From IMG/VR virus record IMGVR_UViG_3300042301_003793: a stretch of DNA of 64,000 nt, one strand, 5' to 3'. This stretch comes from a virus. A program made the translations under genes and the position numbers. The notes under the pieces were generated by a model, which worked only from the letters and a program-made list of their open reading frames with translations, made no database searches and was not told the DNA's origin. Below are positions 47,586 to 57,100 of the stretch, piece after piece (positions within the stretch are counted from its first letter, which is position 1; each line of letters opens with the position of its first letter).

Positions 47586-48826
47586 AAATCACCAATTAAT
47601 CTATCACACCAACCTTTTGATTTTGAATGTGGCCAAACAACCCAATATTTCGGTTTTTCTTTTGCGTTAAACTCCCTCCATATTTTTCCATAACCGTCGG
47701 CGTCTGTTTTTATTCTTTTGATTTCTTCTTCTTGTGCGTCCATACGATATATTGTTTCATCTTTATCGTTATGAAATGCAACAACTAAAAAATCATAATC
47801 GTCTTCTGGTATTTTATCTAATGGAATATCTATACAATGTTTGAATATTCTTAAAAAACTTTCTTTCCATTCTTTATCATTTTTATAATCATAAGGATTT
47901 GGTGGATAGTTTTTATCTATTGTATATTGTTGTACGGATCTTTTTTCAAAAAGAACACCGGCGTATTTTTCATAATCACGTATTGTTCTTTCTTTTCCAA
48001 AACCATATTTTAATTTTCCTTTAAATTTTTCACCGTCAACACCTAATACTTTTCTATTTTTACTATGTGAACTTTCATTTTTCTTATACCATACGCTATC
48101 ATCATCCCACTGTTTTGTTCTACCTTTTCTTGTGTACTCGTGATAAATTACAATTTTATGTGGATGGAATAAATCATATCCGTGAGTATAAGCTCTAACA
48201 GCAATTGATATTTCTTCTCCGTGAAAATAATATTCTGGGTCGTGTTGAACTTCTATTGAAAATTCACCTAATGTAAAACAGAAATGTGCCGAATAAAATC
48301 TTGCTGGGATTGGTTTTTTTAATTCTTGCCAACCTGGTATTACTTCTGGTAAAAAGAAAACAACACCTTCTGGTGTAAATCTATCAAATACCATTCTCCA
48401 GGGTTCTGTAACTCTTCCTTGTGGGTCGTTGTCTGGATCAAAAGATGAAACATAACCGGTAAGAAGTGGTTTTTTATAACCATCTTCTTGTAATTCTTTT
48501 AACATATTAATTAATGTCTCATCCCAATTTTTTTCAAAACGCATATGAGAATCTAATTGTAACGTGTATGTTTCACCACTATATAATTGTTGTACTTGAT
48601 GTCTTGCCCAACACACACCAGTGGACGCTGTGTAGACAATATCTAAAATTCTAAATCTATCATCACTCTCATATTCTGAAAGGTCATCAAAACCATCTTC
48701 TGGGTGATATTGTCTTGCAATCCCCAATCTTAAATTTTCTGGGTATTTTGCTTTGTTCAACATATCTTTAATTGTTGGTATAAGCTGGGGGTCTCGATAA
48801 GAGGCTATTTGTACAAATATTGTCAT
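47582..48826 (-). CDS. GT60-like polypeptide / hydroxyproline alpha-GlcNAc transferase
   Basis: IFVQIASYRD, GVCWAR, LQLDSHMRF, YFHGEEI, HEY motifs. Confidence 0.85.
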   Translation of the reverse strand: MTIFVQIASYRDPQLIPTIKDMLNKAKYPENLRLGIARQYHPEDGFDDLSEYESDDRFRILDIVYTASTGVCWARHQVQQLYSGETYTLQLDSHMRFEKNWDETLINMLKELQEDGYKKPLLTGYVSSFDPDNDPQGRVTEPWRMVFDRFTPEGVVFFLPEVIPGWQELKKPIPARFYSAHFCFTLGEFSIEVQHDPEYYFHGEEISIAVRAYTHGYDLFHPHKIVIYHEYTRKGRTKQWDDDSVWYKKNESSHSKNRKVLGVDGEKFKGKLKYGFGKERTIRDYEKYAGVLFEKRSVQQYTIDKNYPPNPYDYKNDKEWKESFLRIFKHCIDIPLDKIPEDDYDFLVVAFHNDKDETIYRMDAQEEEIKRIKTDADGYGKIWREFNAKEKPKYWVVWPHSKSKGWCDRLIGDL

Positions 48827-48842
48827 AGTTAGTTAAAAATAA

Positions 48843-49061
48843 CTAACACTGATAAAAATTAAATATTTCACAATCGTTTGAATCGATAAGTTTTACAAGT
48901 AGCGAACCAACGTTATTTAATGGGGGTGGAACCTCAAAGGTATATGCGGAAATGTATGTTCCGCCGGAAACTAAATAACAATAAGTGTTTGTGACATCAC
49001 AAACATACACATCGTATGGTGGTGTTCCAGTGGTTCCAGATATTGTAATTTCGTGTAACAT
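48843..49061 (-). CDS. Small beta-rich Cys-containing protein (possible virion decoration)
   Basis: 72 aa, co-oriented, 1-nt gap from the upstream gene. Confidence 0.7.
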   Translation of the reverse strand: MLHEITISGTTGTPPYDVYVCDVTNTYCYLVSGGTYISAYTFEVPPPLNNVGSLLVKLIDSNDCEIFNFYQC

Positions 49062-49062
49062 A

Positions 49063-49581
49063 TTAACTACATATAGGACTTAATGTTGGTGTAGGTGTAT
49101 TAGTCGGTGTATTTGACGGTGTAGGTGTATTAGTCGGTGTATTTGACGGTGTAAAATTTGGAGGCAACGGAGTAACACACAAGTCCCAAGTAGGAGTTGG
49201 TGTAGGTGTTGGTGTTGCAGTTGTTGTTGCCGTCGGAGTATTTGTAGGTGTAGGAGTCTGCGTTGGTGTTGGTGTGTTAGTAGGAGTCTGCGTTGGTGTT
49301 CTAGTAGGTGTTGGAGTTGGTGTTCTAGTAGGTGTATTTGTTGGAGTTGGTGTAGGTGTTGGCCTTGGTACATTTAAAAAGTTTGTACAATTACCACCAT
49401 CTGTTGATATTGTATATGTCCCATAAATTTCTTGTTGGGGTGTTAATAAATCTGGTTGAAAAGTGTATGGAAGTATAACAGAACCAATATTTATTGTAAT
49501 AGTACTATTATCTGGTTTGAATAATATTTGAGCAGGTTCACCGCTAAAATTTACACTTTGTATTGTAATTATCTGACTCAT
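49063..49581 (-). CDS. Mucin-like PT-repeat protein
   Basis: About 70-aa beta domain, then [14 protein letters not shown]... to the C-terminus; own TATTTATA motif. Confidence 0.8.
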   Translation of the reverse strand: MSQIITIQSVNFSGEPAQILFKPDNSTITINIGSVILPYTFQPDLLTPQQEIYGTYTISTDGGNCTNFLNVPRPTPTPTPTNTPTRTPTPTPTRTPTQTPTNTPTPTQTPTPTNTPTATTTATPTPTPTPTWDLCVTPLPPNFTPSNTPTNTPTPSNTPTNTPTPTLSPICS

Positions 49582-49612
49582 TGTATTTTTTTATAAATAC
49601 AATCAAACAGAC

Positions 49613-49816
49613 TTATTTTTTAATTTTAATGTATTTGAACCAAACTCTTTCGTGTAAAAAATAAATAATTGGTTTTAATATTAATTCACCTAAACCTAAT
49701 AAAGAAGATATTTCTACTGACGCCCCAAGACAATATGCGACTACAACTGTGGTGATTGTCCCAAAAATTCTATAAGAAATTGTTTTTAATAAATGTCTTT
49801 TTAAGTCTGACTTCAT
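49613..49816 (-). CDS. DUF2061-like small membrane protein
   Basis: RHLLKTISYR...YFLHERVW. Confidence 0.75.
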   Translation of the reverse strand: MKSDLKRHLLKTISYRIFGTITTVVVAYCLGASVEISSLLGLGELILKPIIYFLHERVWFKYIKIKK

Positions 49817-49817
49817 T

Positions 49818-50273
49818 TTAATTTTTTTCCAATATCAATAAAACATCATCTTGTATGATTGGGTCAACTAATTTTTTCCAGTAATCATCTTTATTTTTTA
49901 TACAATTTCTAATACCAGTTGCAGAAATCCCACCAATTTCTTTTGGTGGTGTAAATTCATTTACTTCATATCCAACACCGCGACCAAAATTAACAGATTC
50001 AATATCTGGAATAATGATAACTTTAACATCATCACCTTTTGATTTATGGTACTTCTCAATCATAGAAACTGTTTGTTCTGTTGTAAAAGGATTTTTTTCA
50101 TCAGGTTCAATATCTCTAATCATAATTAAAACTGGTACTCCTTCATTTAATTTTTGTTGGATTAACTCAATGTGACCAAAATGATAAGGTTGATAACGAC
50201 CTACAAAAACTGCATACTTTTTACTTTCGTTATTTGTTGGATTTCCTCCGTGGTTTTTCTTTTCCCAACTCAT
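49818..50273 (-). CDS. HIGH-superfamily nucleotidyltransferase (NadM/cytidylyltransferase-like; candidate minimal ATP sulfurylase)
   Basis: GRYQPYHFGH, KNPFT, ISATGIR. Confidence 0.8.
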   Translation of the reverse strand: MSWEKKNHGGNPTNNESKKYAVFVGRYQPYHFGHIELIQQKLNEGVPVLIMIRDIEPDEKNPFTTEQTVSMIEKYHKSKGDDVKVIIIPDIESVNFGRGVGYEVNEFTPPKEIGGISATGIRNCIKNKDDYWKKLVDPIIQDDVLLILEKN

Positions 50274-50725
50274 ATGTGTTTAATTATTTCGTTTAATGAT
50301 TCTTGTGGATTAACACCTGTTGTATTAATATCAACAAAATTTTCTGATGGTTGTTCATACTCATCTGTATGGAAATGTTCTCTGCCTCTAATGTCTGTTG
50401 TATGAACATAAAACTCAACTAATAAATTTTGTAAATCATATTTAAAACTTTCTCTTAATTCTTTGTAAGGTGCAACAAGACTTACAATTACATCGTATCC
50501 TTGTACTAATAAAAATTTTGCAATGTCTTGAGCTCTTTTGATGTTTTCTTCTCTACCTTCTCTACCGTATTTTTGGTTATTGAAAAGTCTTCTTAATTCA
50601 TCACCGTCAATATGGAATACTTTATTTCCATATTCTTTTTCTAAAATTGTTTTTAACATTGTCGCTAATACAGTTTTACCAGCTCCTGGTTGTCCTGTAA
50701 ACCAATAAATCTTTTTTTCTTTCAT
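50270..50725 (-). CDS. cysC: Adenylylsulfate (APS) kinase
   Basis: WFTGQPGAGKT, IDGDELR, VSLVAPY, YEQP; ATG 50725 preferred. Confidence 0.85.
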   Translation of the reverse strand: MKEKKIYWFTGQPGAGKTVLATMLKTILEKEYGNKVFHIDGDELRRLFNNQKYGREGREENIKRAQDIAKFLLVQGYDVIVSLVAPYKELRESFKYDLQNLLVEFYVHTTDIRGREHFHTDEYEQPSENFVDINTTGVNPQESLNEIIKHI

Positions 50726-50727
50726 AA

Positions 50728-51546
50728 TCAAAAATAACCGAATTGGTCGTAAAACCATTGATGTTTTTGTTTTATCCAGTTACAAGCTGGTGTTCCAAGA
50801 ACTTCTTTATAATCTAATTTTAATGGTTCAATTTTAGATTTAATATTATGGTCACCATAAATTCCATAAACAGAATCATCTTCTTGTGTTATTTGTGTAA
50901 CATTATCAAAGTCGTGTTCAAAGTATGGTAACTCAAGATATTTATAAATTCTTTCCATTTCTTTTTTTGGATTTGAAGTGAAGTCTTCGAATTTAACAAA
51001 TAACATTTTATGATTAATACCTTCTTTGAAGATTTGATAAAGTCTTTCGACAGCCAAACCAACTGGTTGTGATTGTGACCAAATATCAATTCTTTTTTCT
51101 GTTGTAGTTCCTTGCATTTGCGCGTGATTAACAACACCAGAATCCATATGTTGACTCTTTCTAAAATTCTTTTCCATTGAGGCAAAGATTCCACGTAAGT
51201 CTCTTACCATACAAATAATCTTTGGTTCTGGATAAAAAGAATTTAAAAACCCATAATGAATACCCCAACCTCTACTTTTATCTAAAACATATGGTTTATC
51301 TGTTACACCATTAAAAAAACCTAACATACCTTGATTACAAAAGTTTAGAAAACCTTGTTTCATTAATTCTGAATCTTGTGCTTTAAACTCAGGTGATGAA
51401 GTGTAGTTTGCTCTTGCAGCATAAACTAATTCTAAAACACCAGATGTTGGTGTTACGTAAAACTCTGGATTTTGTCCCATAACATTTTGAAGTAATGTTG
51501 ATCCAGCTCTTGGTAATGAACTTTGGAAAAATATTTTTTCTACCAT
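50728..51546 (-). CDS. PAPS-dependent sulfotransferase
   Basis: 5'-PSB loop LPRAGSTLL; 3'-PB MVRDLRGIFAS; KFEDF. Confidence 0.88.
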   Translation of the reverse strand: MVEKIFFQSSLPRAGSTLLQNVMGQNPEFYVTPTSGVLELVYAARANYTSSPEFKAQDSELMKQGFLNFCNQGMLGFFNGVTDKPYVLDKSRGWGIHYGFLNSFYPEPKIICMVRDLRGIFASMEKNFRKSQHMDSGVVNHAQMQGTTTEKRIDIWSQSQPVGLAVERLYQIFKEGINHKMLFVKFEDFTSNPKKEMERIYKYLELPYFEHDFDNVTQITQEDDSVYGIYGDHNIKSKIEPLKLDYKEVLGTPACNWIKQKHQWFYDQFGYF

Positions 51547-51549
51547 AAT

Positions 51550-52434
51550 TTAATTTTTTAGTGTTTCTATTATTTCGTTTATATTAAAGATGTTTGTATC
51601 AAATAAAGGACATTCGTGTATTGTACCATTAAAGTTGTAATCAAATAAGTAACTATCTGGTAACTTAACTGTTGTTGGTAGTTCTGCTATAATGTTTGTG
51701 TGTAATGGATAACCAAATACTTTTGGTGATGTACCAATCCACAATATGGTTGATGGTAGACCCATAGCAGCTGCCGCATGTTGTAAACAAGAATCAATTA
51801 ATAATCTTTTTTGAGCATAAGCTAATAATGAAAATAATTCCATATTAGACATAGGTTCTACGTGAGCCTCAACATTTTGTAAAACATTTGTTTGGTCTCT
51901 ACAAATTTGAATTATGTGATAATATTGTGAAAAGTGGTCAACAATTTTTTGAGCAACATCAAAAGGAATATCCCTTGTCCAAGAATATGGATATGGCTGT
52001 TCTTGTAATGGACCACCGTTTGTTTGAATGACCATTACAGGTTTTTCTCTTTTCCATTTATTAAATGCAACTTGTTGTTGTCTTAAATTAAATGAAAGTG
52101 ATGGCATTTCACCGTTATATTCTAAACCAAAAAGTTTACACCAATTCATAATTAATGGTAACTTTTTTTGGATATGGTCTGTTGTAAAATAAGGTTCGTG
52201 TTTAAAAATTAAACTATCTTTATCTTTAATGTAATCATCATAAAAATATGGTGTCATACCAATTCTATATACTCTATCAATAAAATCTAAATTTAAAAAT
52301 ATTTCTGGGTAAGCACAGACAATAATTAATTCCCTATCTGGGTGATTGTTTTTTATACATTTTGCAACAGCAGTTGATAGAACGTGTTTTCCTAAACCAC
52401 CTTCTAAATGAAATATACTATATTTTTTTTCCAT
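51550..52434 (-). CDS. GT-B glycosyltransferase, GT9-like
   Basis: GGLGKHVLST; LIDSCLQHAAAAMGLPSTILW. Confidence 0.75.
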   Translation of the reverse strand: MEKKYSIFHLEGGLGKHVLSTAVAKCIKNNHPDRELIIVCAYPEIFLNLDFIDRVYRIGMTPYFYDDYIKDKDSLIFKHEPYFTTDHIQKKLPLIMNWCKLFGLEYNGEMPSLSFNLRQQQVAFNKWKREKPVMVIQTNGGPLQEQPYPYSWTRDIPFDVAQKIVDHFSQYYHIIQICRDQTNVLQNVEAHVEPMSNMELFSLLAYAQKRLLIDSCLQHAAAAMGLPSTILWIGTSPKVFGYPLHTNIIAELPTTVKLPDSYLFDYNFNGTIHECPLFDTNIFNINEIIETLKN

Positions 52435-52450
52435 AATAAGATTATAATTT

Positions 52451-53368
52451 TTAATTTTTGTTAGTAAAGATAATTGCTTCGTTAATCTTATCTATTACCA
52501 TTTTTGGTTTTATTTTTGTGTGACATTCGTTTTCTCTTTCTGTTCCTAAAAATATTGGACATTTAGTTTTTATATTTGGAAACATATTAAAACATCCATT
52601 ACAAACATAAGGGTTTGTGACTCTAAAACAATCAAATTCGTTTTGACTTTTTGTAAAATTTGAAATCATAACAACTGGTACGTCATAGGCCCAAGCAAGC
52701 CAAGAAAGACCTGAAGATAAACCAACAAAGAACCTTGAACTAACAATATGGTCAATTGCAACATTTAAATCATCGTGACCGTGAAAACCAATAACATTTT
52801 CTAAATTCATTGTATTTTCATAAGAAATGTTATAAACGTTGTAACCTACATTATGTAATGAATTTACAATTGTTTGCCAACCCTCATTCCCATTATATTT
52901 CCATTGTGAAATTTCTTTAATTGTTTCTGGACCCATAGTAATTTTATTTGGGTCTATTGTTCTTAGTTTTGGAATTACTGGACATTTACCTGGTTTTGTT
53001 TCTTGCGGTAATCGCATTGTATCTTTAGCAGCATAAAACATACCACCTAAAGTGTGTGCCATATTATTTTTATCATAACCAACATCAACTAGTTTATCAA
53101 TTTCTAAAAAACCACTTTCATTTGCGTTAATAAACTCATAGTCTGGTCTATTTGATTTTAATAGGTGTGGAAAAAAAGTTGTAACCCAAACGTACTTTGG
53201 TTTGTGATAATCCATAAAAGCATCCATCAAAGATGAAAAACAAATTGTATCACCTAAACAAAATGAGTCAAAGTGTAATAATAATTCTTTTCCTTCAAAG
53301 GTTTCTAAGTTTGGCTCTCTTTCTTTATAGTTCATCAACTCAGAATTGTCGTAATGTCTTTTAACCAT
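52451..53368 (-). CDS. Aah/TibC-like protein O-glycosyl (heptosyl) transferase with Cys4 iron finger
   Basis: LGDTI, FFVGLSSGLSWLAWA, C-x2-C-x10-C-x11-C at 52523-52603. Confidence 0.72.
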   Translation of the reverse strand: MVKRHYDNSELMNYKEREPNLETFEGKELLLHFDSFCLGDTICFSSLMDAFMDYHKPKYVWVTTFFPHLLKSNRPDYEFINANESGFLEIDKLVDVGYDKNNMAHTLGGMFYAAKDTMRLPQETKPGKCPVIPKLRTIDPNKITMGPETIKEISQWKYNGNEGWQTIVNSLHNVGYNVYNISYENTMNLENVIGFHGHDDLNVAIDHIVSSRFFVGLSSGLSWLAWAYDVPVVMISNFTKSQNEFDCFRVTNPYVCNGCFNMFPNIKTKCPIFLGTERENECHTKIKPKMVIDKINEAIIFTNKN

Positions 53369-54104
53369 TTTTATATTTTAAAAGTTTAGAGTAATATTCA
53401 AACCAATATCTTTCTTGCCAGATTGTACCTTCTTCCAAATACACCAATGGTTTTTGTTGCCAAGGTTTTTTTACAATGTAGTGTAAAATTTTAATATGTT
53501 TTGGTAGTCCTGTATTTTTGAATATTTCTTTTGAATATGTTTTTAAGTAATTATATGATACTGGTATTTCAGTTATTTCATCATAAAAATAATTATTAAT
53601 AATATCTTGGTCCAGATGTTCTGTAATCCCATATATTGTTGTAAGATGTATTAAATCATCTGTTATTTTTTCAGATAAATATTTTTTTGAGATAACAAGA
53701 ACACCTGTGTTGTATTGGTCAATATATAAATCTCTAACACCACCAATATCACCATCAAAATCAATTAGATAATCAATGTTTCCTAAAATAACAACATCTG
53801 AATCTAAAAATATAATTTTGTTAAATTCAGTTAATGAAAAAATTTCATATTTAGTATAATCACCAAAAGACATTTGTTTTTCTTTTAGTTTTTCTATTTC
53901 AGAATATTTTTCGGTGTCAAATCTTTTTATGTGTATATTATTGTACATTCTTCTTGAGGCGACTAAATCTTCTGGTGTTAAATCATTTGTGATGATTACA
54001 AATGGTAATTTTTCACTAACAACTCTTGGGTTATTATCTATTAACGATTTTAACATTACCTCAAATCCTATAAGATAATCTTTATTACATACAGTTACAA
54101 ACAT
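53361..54104 (-). CDS. GT8-family glycosyltransferase
   Basis: IIFLDSD, YNTGV, DQDIIN, ILHYIVKKPW. Confidence 0.88.
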   Translation of the reverse strand: MFVTVCNKDYLIGFEVMLKSLIDNNPRVVSEKLPFVIITNDLTPEDLVASRRMYNNIHIKRFDTEKYSEIEKLKEKQMSFGDYTKYEIFSLTEFNKIIFLDSDVVILGNIDYLIDFDGDIGGVRDLYIDQYNTGVLVISKKYLSEKITDDLIHLTTIYGITEHLDQDIINNYFYDEITEIPVSYNYLKTYSKEIFKNTGLPKHIKILHYIVKKPWQQKPLVYLEEGTIWQERYWFEYYSKLLKYKNG

Positions 54105-54139
54105 ACCTCAAGTATAAAAAAAACATTATAAAAATAAAG

Positions 54140-54166
54140 AACCCCAACTGTTTTAAAATTGGGGTT
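54140..54166 (-). terminator. Hairpin after fibre gene 2
   Basis: aaccccaa / ttggggtt stem. Confidence 0.65.
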
Positions 54167-54189
54167 ATTAAAAATTTTATAATTTGTTA

Positions 54190-57100
54190 TTAAGGAACAA
54201 AATATATTCTATTTAAATCTGTTGGACAGTAGTAAACGGATTTTGAAGGTAAACCAGCAGAACTAGTTGGTAAATCAATAATACTTAAACAGTTTACATA
54301 TGTTGTATTTGGACAACTTGTTGTAATTCCATAACCAACAATAAATGAGCAATTGTGTGAAACTGTATTTCCGGATCCACCAAGAATACCAGAATATTGT
54401 GTTGTTATAGTGTTTTGATAACCACCACTTACGGTTGAATTAGTTCCACTTGATGTGTTACATCGTCCACCACTTACGGTTGAATTAGTTCCACTTGATG
54501 TGTTTTGTTGTCCGCCGCCAATTACAGAATAACCTCCGATTGATGTGTTACATCGTCCACCACTTACGGTTGAATAAACTCCACTTGATGTGTTATATAA
54601 ACCACCACCTACAGTTGAAATATCTCCACTTGATAAGTTAAAATAACCACCACTTACGGTTGAATTATTACCACTTGCTGTATTTTGTCGTCCACCATTT
54701 ATATTTGAGTGATAACCAATTGCAGTGTTACATCGCCCCCCACTTACGGTTGAATAACAACCACTTGTTGTGTTTGAAACTCCACCACTTACGGTTGAAA
54801 ATGTATTACTTGCTCTGTTACCACAACCACCACCTACGGTTGCAAAATTATAATCAGTTGTTGATACAAGGAATGATATATCATCAACACCAGAAGTTCC
54901 ACCAAACAATGTTCCGTCAAATAATAAAAAATCACCATCAATATAGTTTTGACCAGCCGCTGAAATGGTAATGCTGTTAACAACACCTGCGGTCAAGTTA
55001 AAGTTAAACAAAGAGCCAAAACCGTTAACACTAGTTGTAAATGAAGAAGATACTCCCGGAAAAATACCAGTTGTTGTTGATCCACTTGTATTTAAATTAT
55101 AATAATTACTTACAGTTCCGTTTATACCTGCAATGTTTACTTTACCACCACCAATTGATGAACCAATAGTACGTGCTGTGTTTTGATAACCACCACTTAC
55201 TGTTGAATAATTCCCACTTGTTGTATTAAATTCTCCACCACCAATAAATGAAAATGGATTACTTGCTGTGTTTTTATAGCCACCACTTACGGTTGAAAAT
55301 GTATTACTTGATTCATTACGAATTCCACCACTTACTGTTGAACTAATCCCACTTGCATTATTACAACCACCACCACTTACAGTTGAAATATCTCCACTTG
55401 CTGTGTTACAATCACCACCACTTACATTTGAACGAATTCCACTTGATGTGTTACAATATCCACCACTTACAGTTGAGTAAAAAGCTGATGCTGTATTTCC
55501 ACAACCTCCGGCAATTGTTGACGCATAACCTGTTGCAAAATTACTATATCCACCGCTCACAGTCGAGTATTCACCCAATGAAGCATTATTACAACCACCA
55601 CCAACAAATGAAAAAGGTCCTGAATTTGTGTTTATTTGTAATGTAACATCATCAGTACCTGATACACCACTAAAATTAGTTCCATCAAAAAATAATGTAT
55701 CACCATTAACATAATTAGAACCACCAGATACAATATTAAGAGATGAAAAAGAACCTGTATTAAAAGTAAAATTAAATACCGCACCCGTACCATATCCAGA
55801 AACAGTTGATGTTGGTGTAATACCACCGTATATACCATTAAAGGTTCCTCCGGTATATACTGTATTGTAGTAATTACTAACAGTATTTTTTATCCCTGCT
55901 TTATTTCCATAACCACCACTTATTGTTGAAAAGTTAGTATACGATGTATTTTGAAAACCTCCACTAACAAGTGAAAAGTTACCAAGAGCGTCATTTAATG
56001 TACCAATTCTTTGTGTTGAATCTACCCCAGAACCAATTTCATAAGGTCCAGAACCAATTCCTCCACCAACAACAACATTACCTTGAGCATCAATACCCAA
56101 ATCATTTATTGACGTACCAGTACTAATAATACCTATATTTAATCCTGGTACATAAACAGTATCATCTGTTGTTCCAGAAATATTTTGTCCACCTAAAATA
56201 ACACTCCTATCTGCTTGTAAAGTAGAGTTATTTGAAAATACCATTGAGCAATCACCAATAACTATGTTATTAGCACCACCGGCAATTGCAGAACAATAAC
56301 CAGAAACTGTATTACTATATCCACCGGCAATATTACTATTAAATCCTATTACTGTATTAAATTGTCCACCGGCAATTGTTGTACCATCAGAATAAGTTTC
56401 ATTTGATAAACCACCTAATATTGATGCGTATGTTCCGTAGTTTTTATTTTGTGAACCACCTGCAACAACAGAAATGTTTGATACCGTTGTGTTTCCACAT
56501 CCACCACCTACAAATGAACCAGATCCTAAGTTTGCGTTATTACATCCACCAACAATAATAGAAAAGTTTGCGTCTGATGTGTTACAGCACCCACCAAGAA
56601 TTGCACTACCACAAGAATCAACCGTATTGTATTCTCCACCACCAACAACTGTAAAATCACAATTTGCGATGTTTGAGTTACCCCCACCAACAAAAGCTGT
56701 TGTGTCGGCTGCTGTGTTAAATCTACCACCAGCAACAATTGCAAAATCTCCAATAGCACTATTCTGTGCTCCACCACCAACGGTTGAGCAAGCATTTAAT
56801 GCAACATTTTCAAAACCACCACCAACAGTTGTGTTATAATCAGAAGCAGTGTTTGATTCTCCACCACCAATTGCCGAATATTTTCCAGAAGAAGTATTGT
56901 TACAACCAGCAACAACAGAAGCATAATTTTGTGATGCAACATTTAAGTAACCACCACCAATAAATGTACAGCTATCTAAAATTGTATTTTTACAACCACC
57001 AACAATTGTTGAAAGGTCGCCATTTATTGTATTTAATTCTCCGCCACCAATAAATGTTGATGATGAATTTGTTGTGTTTGTATTGCAATAACCACCAGTA

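Noticed and set aside
8965-54189. tRNA or other structured ncRNA genes in intergenic gaps
   Set aside because: All gaps are under about 160 nt, AT-rich and explained by promoters, terminators or the two hand-called small ORFs; no cloverleaf was seen.
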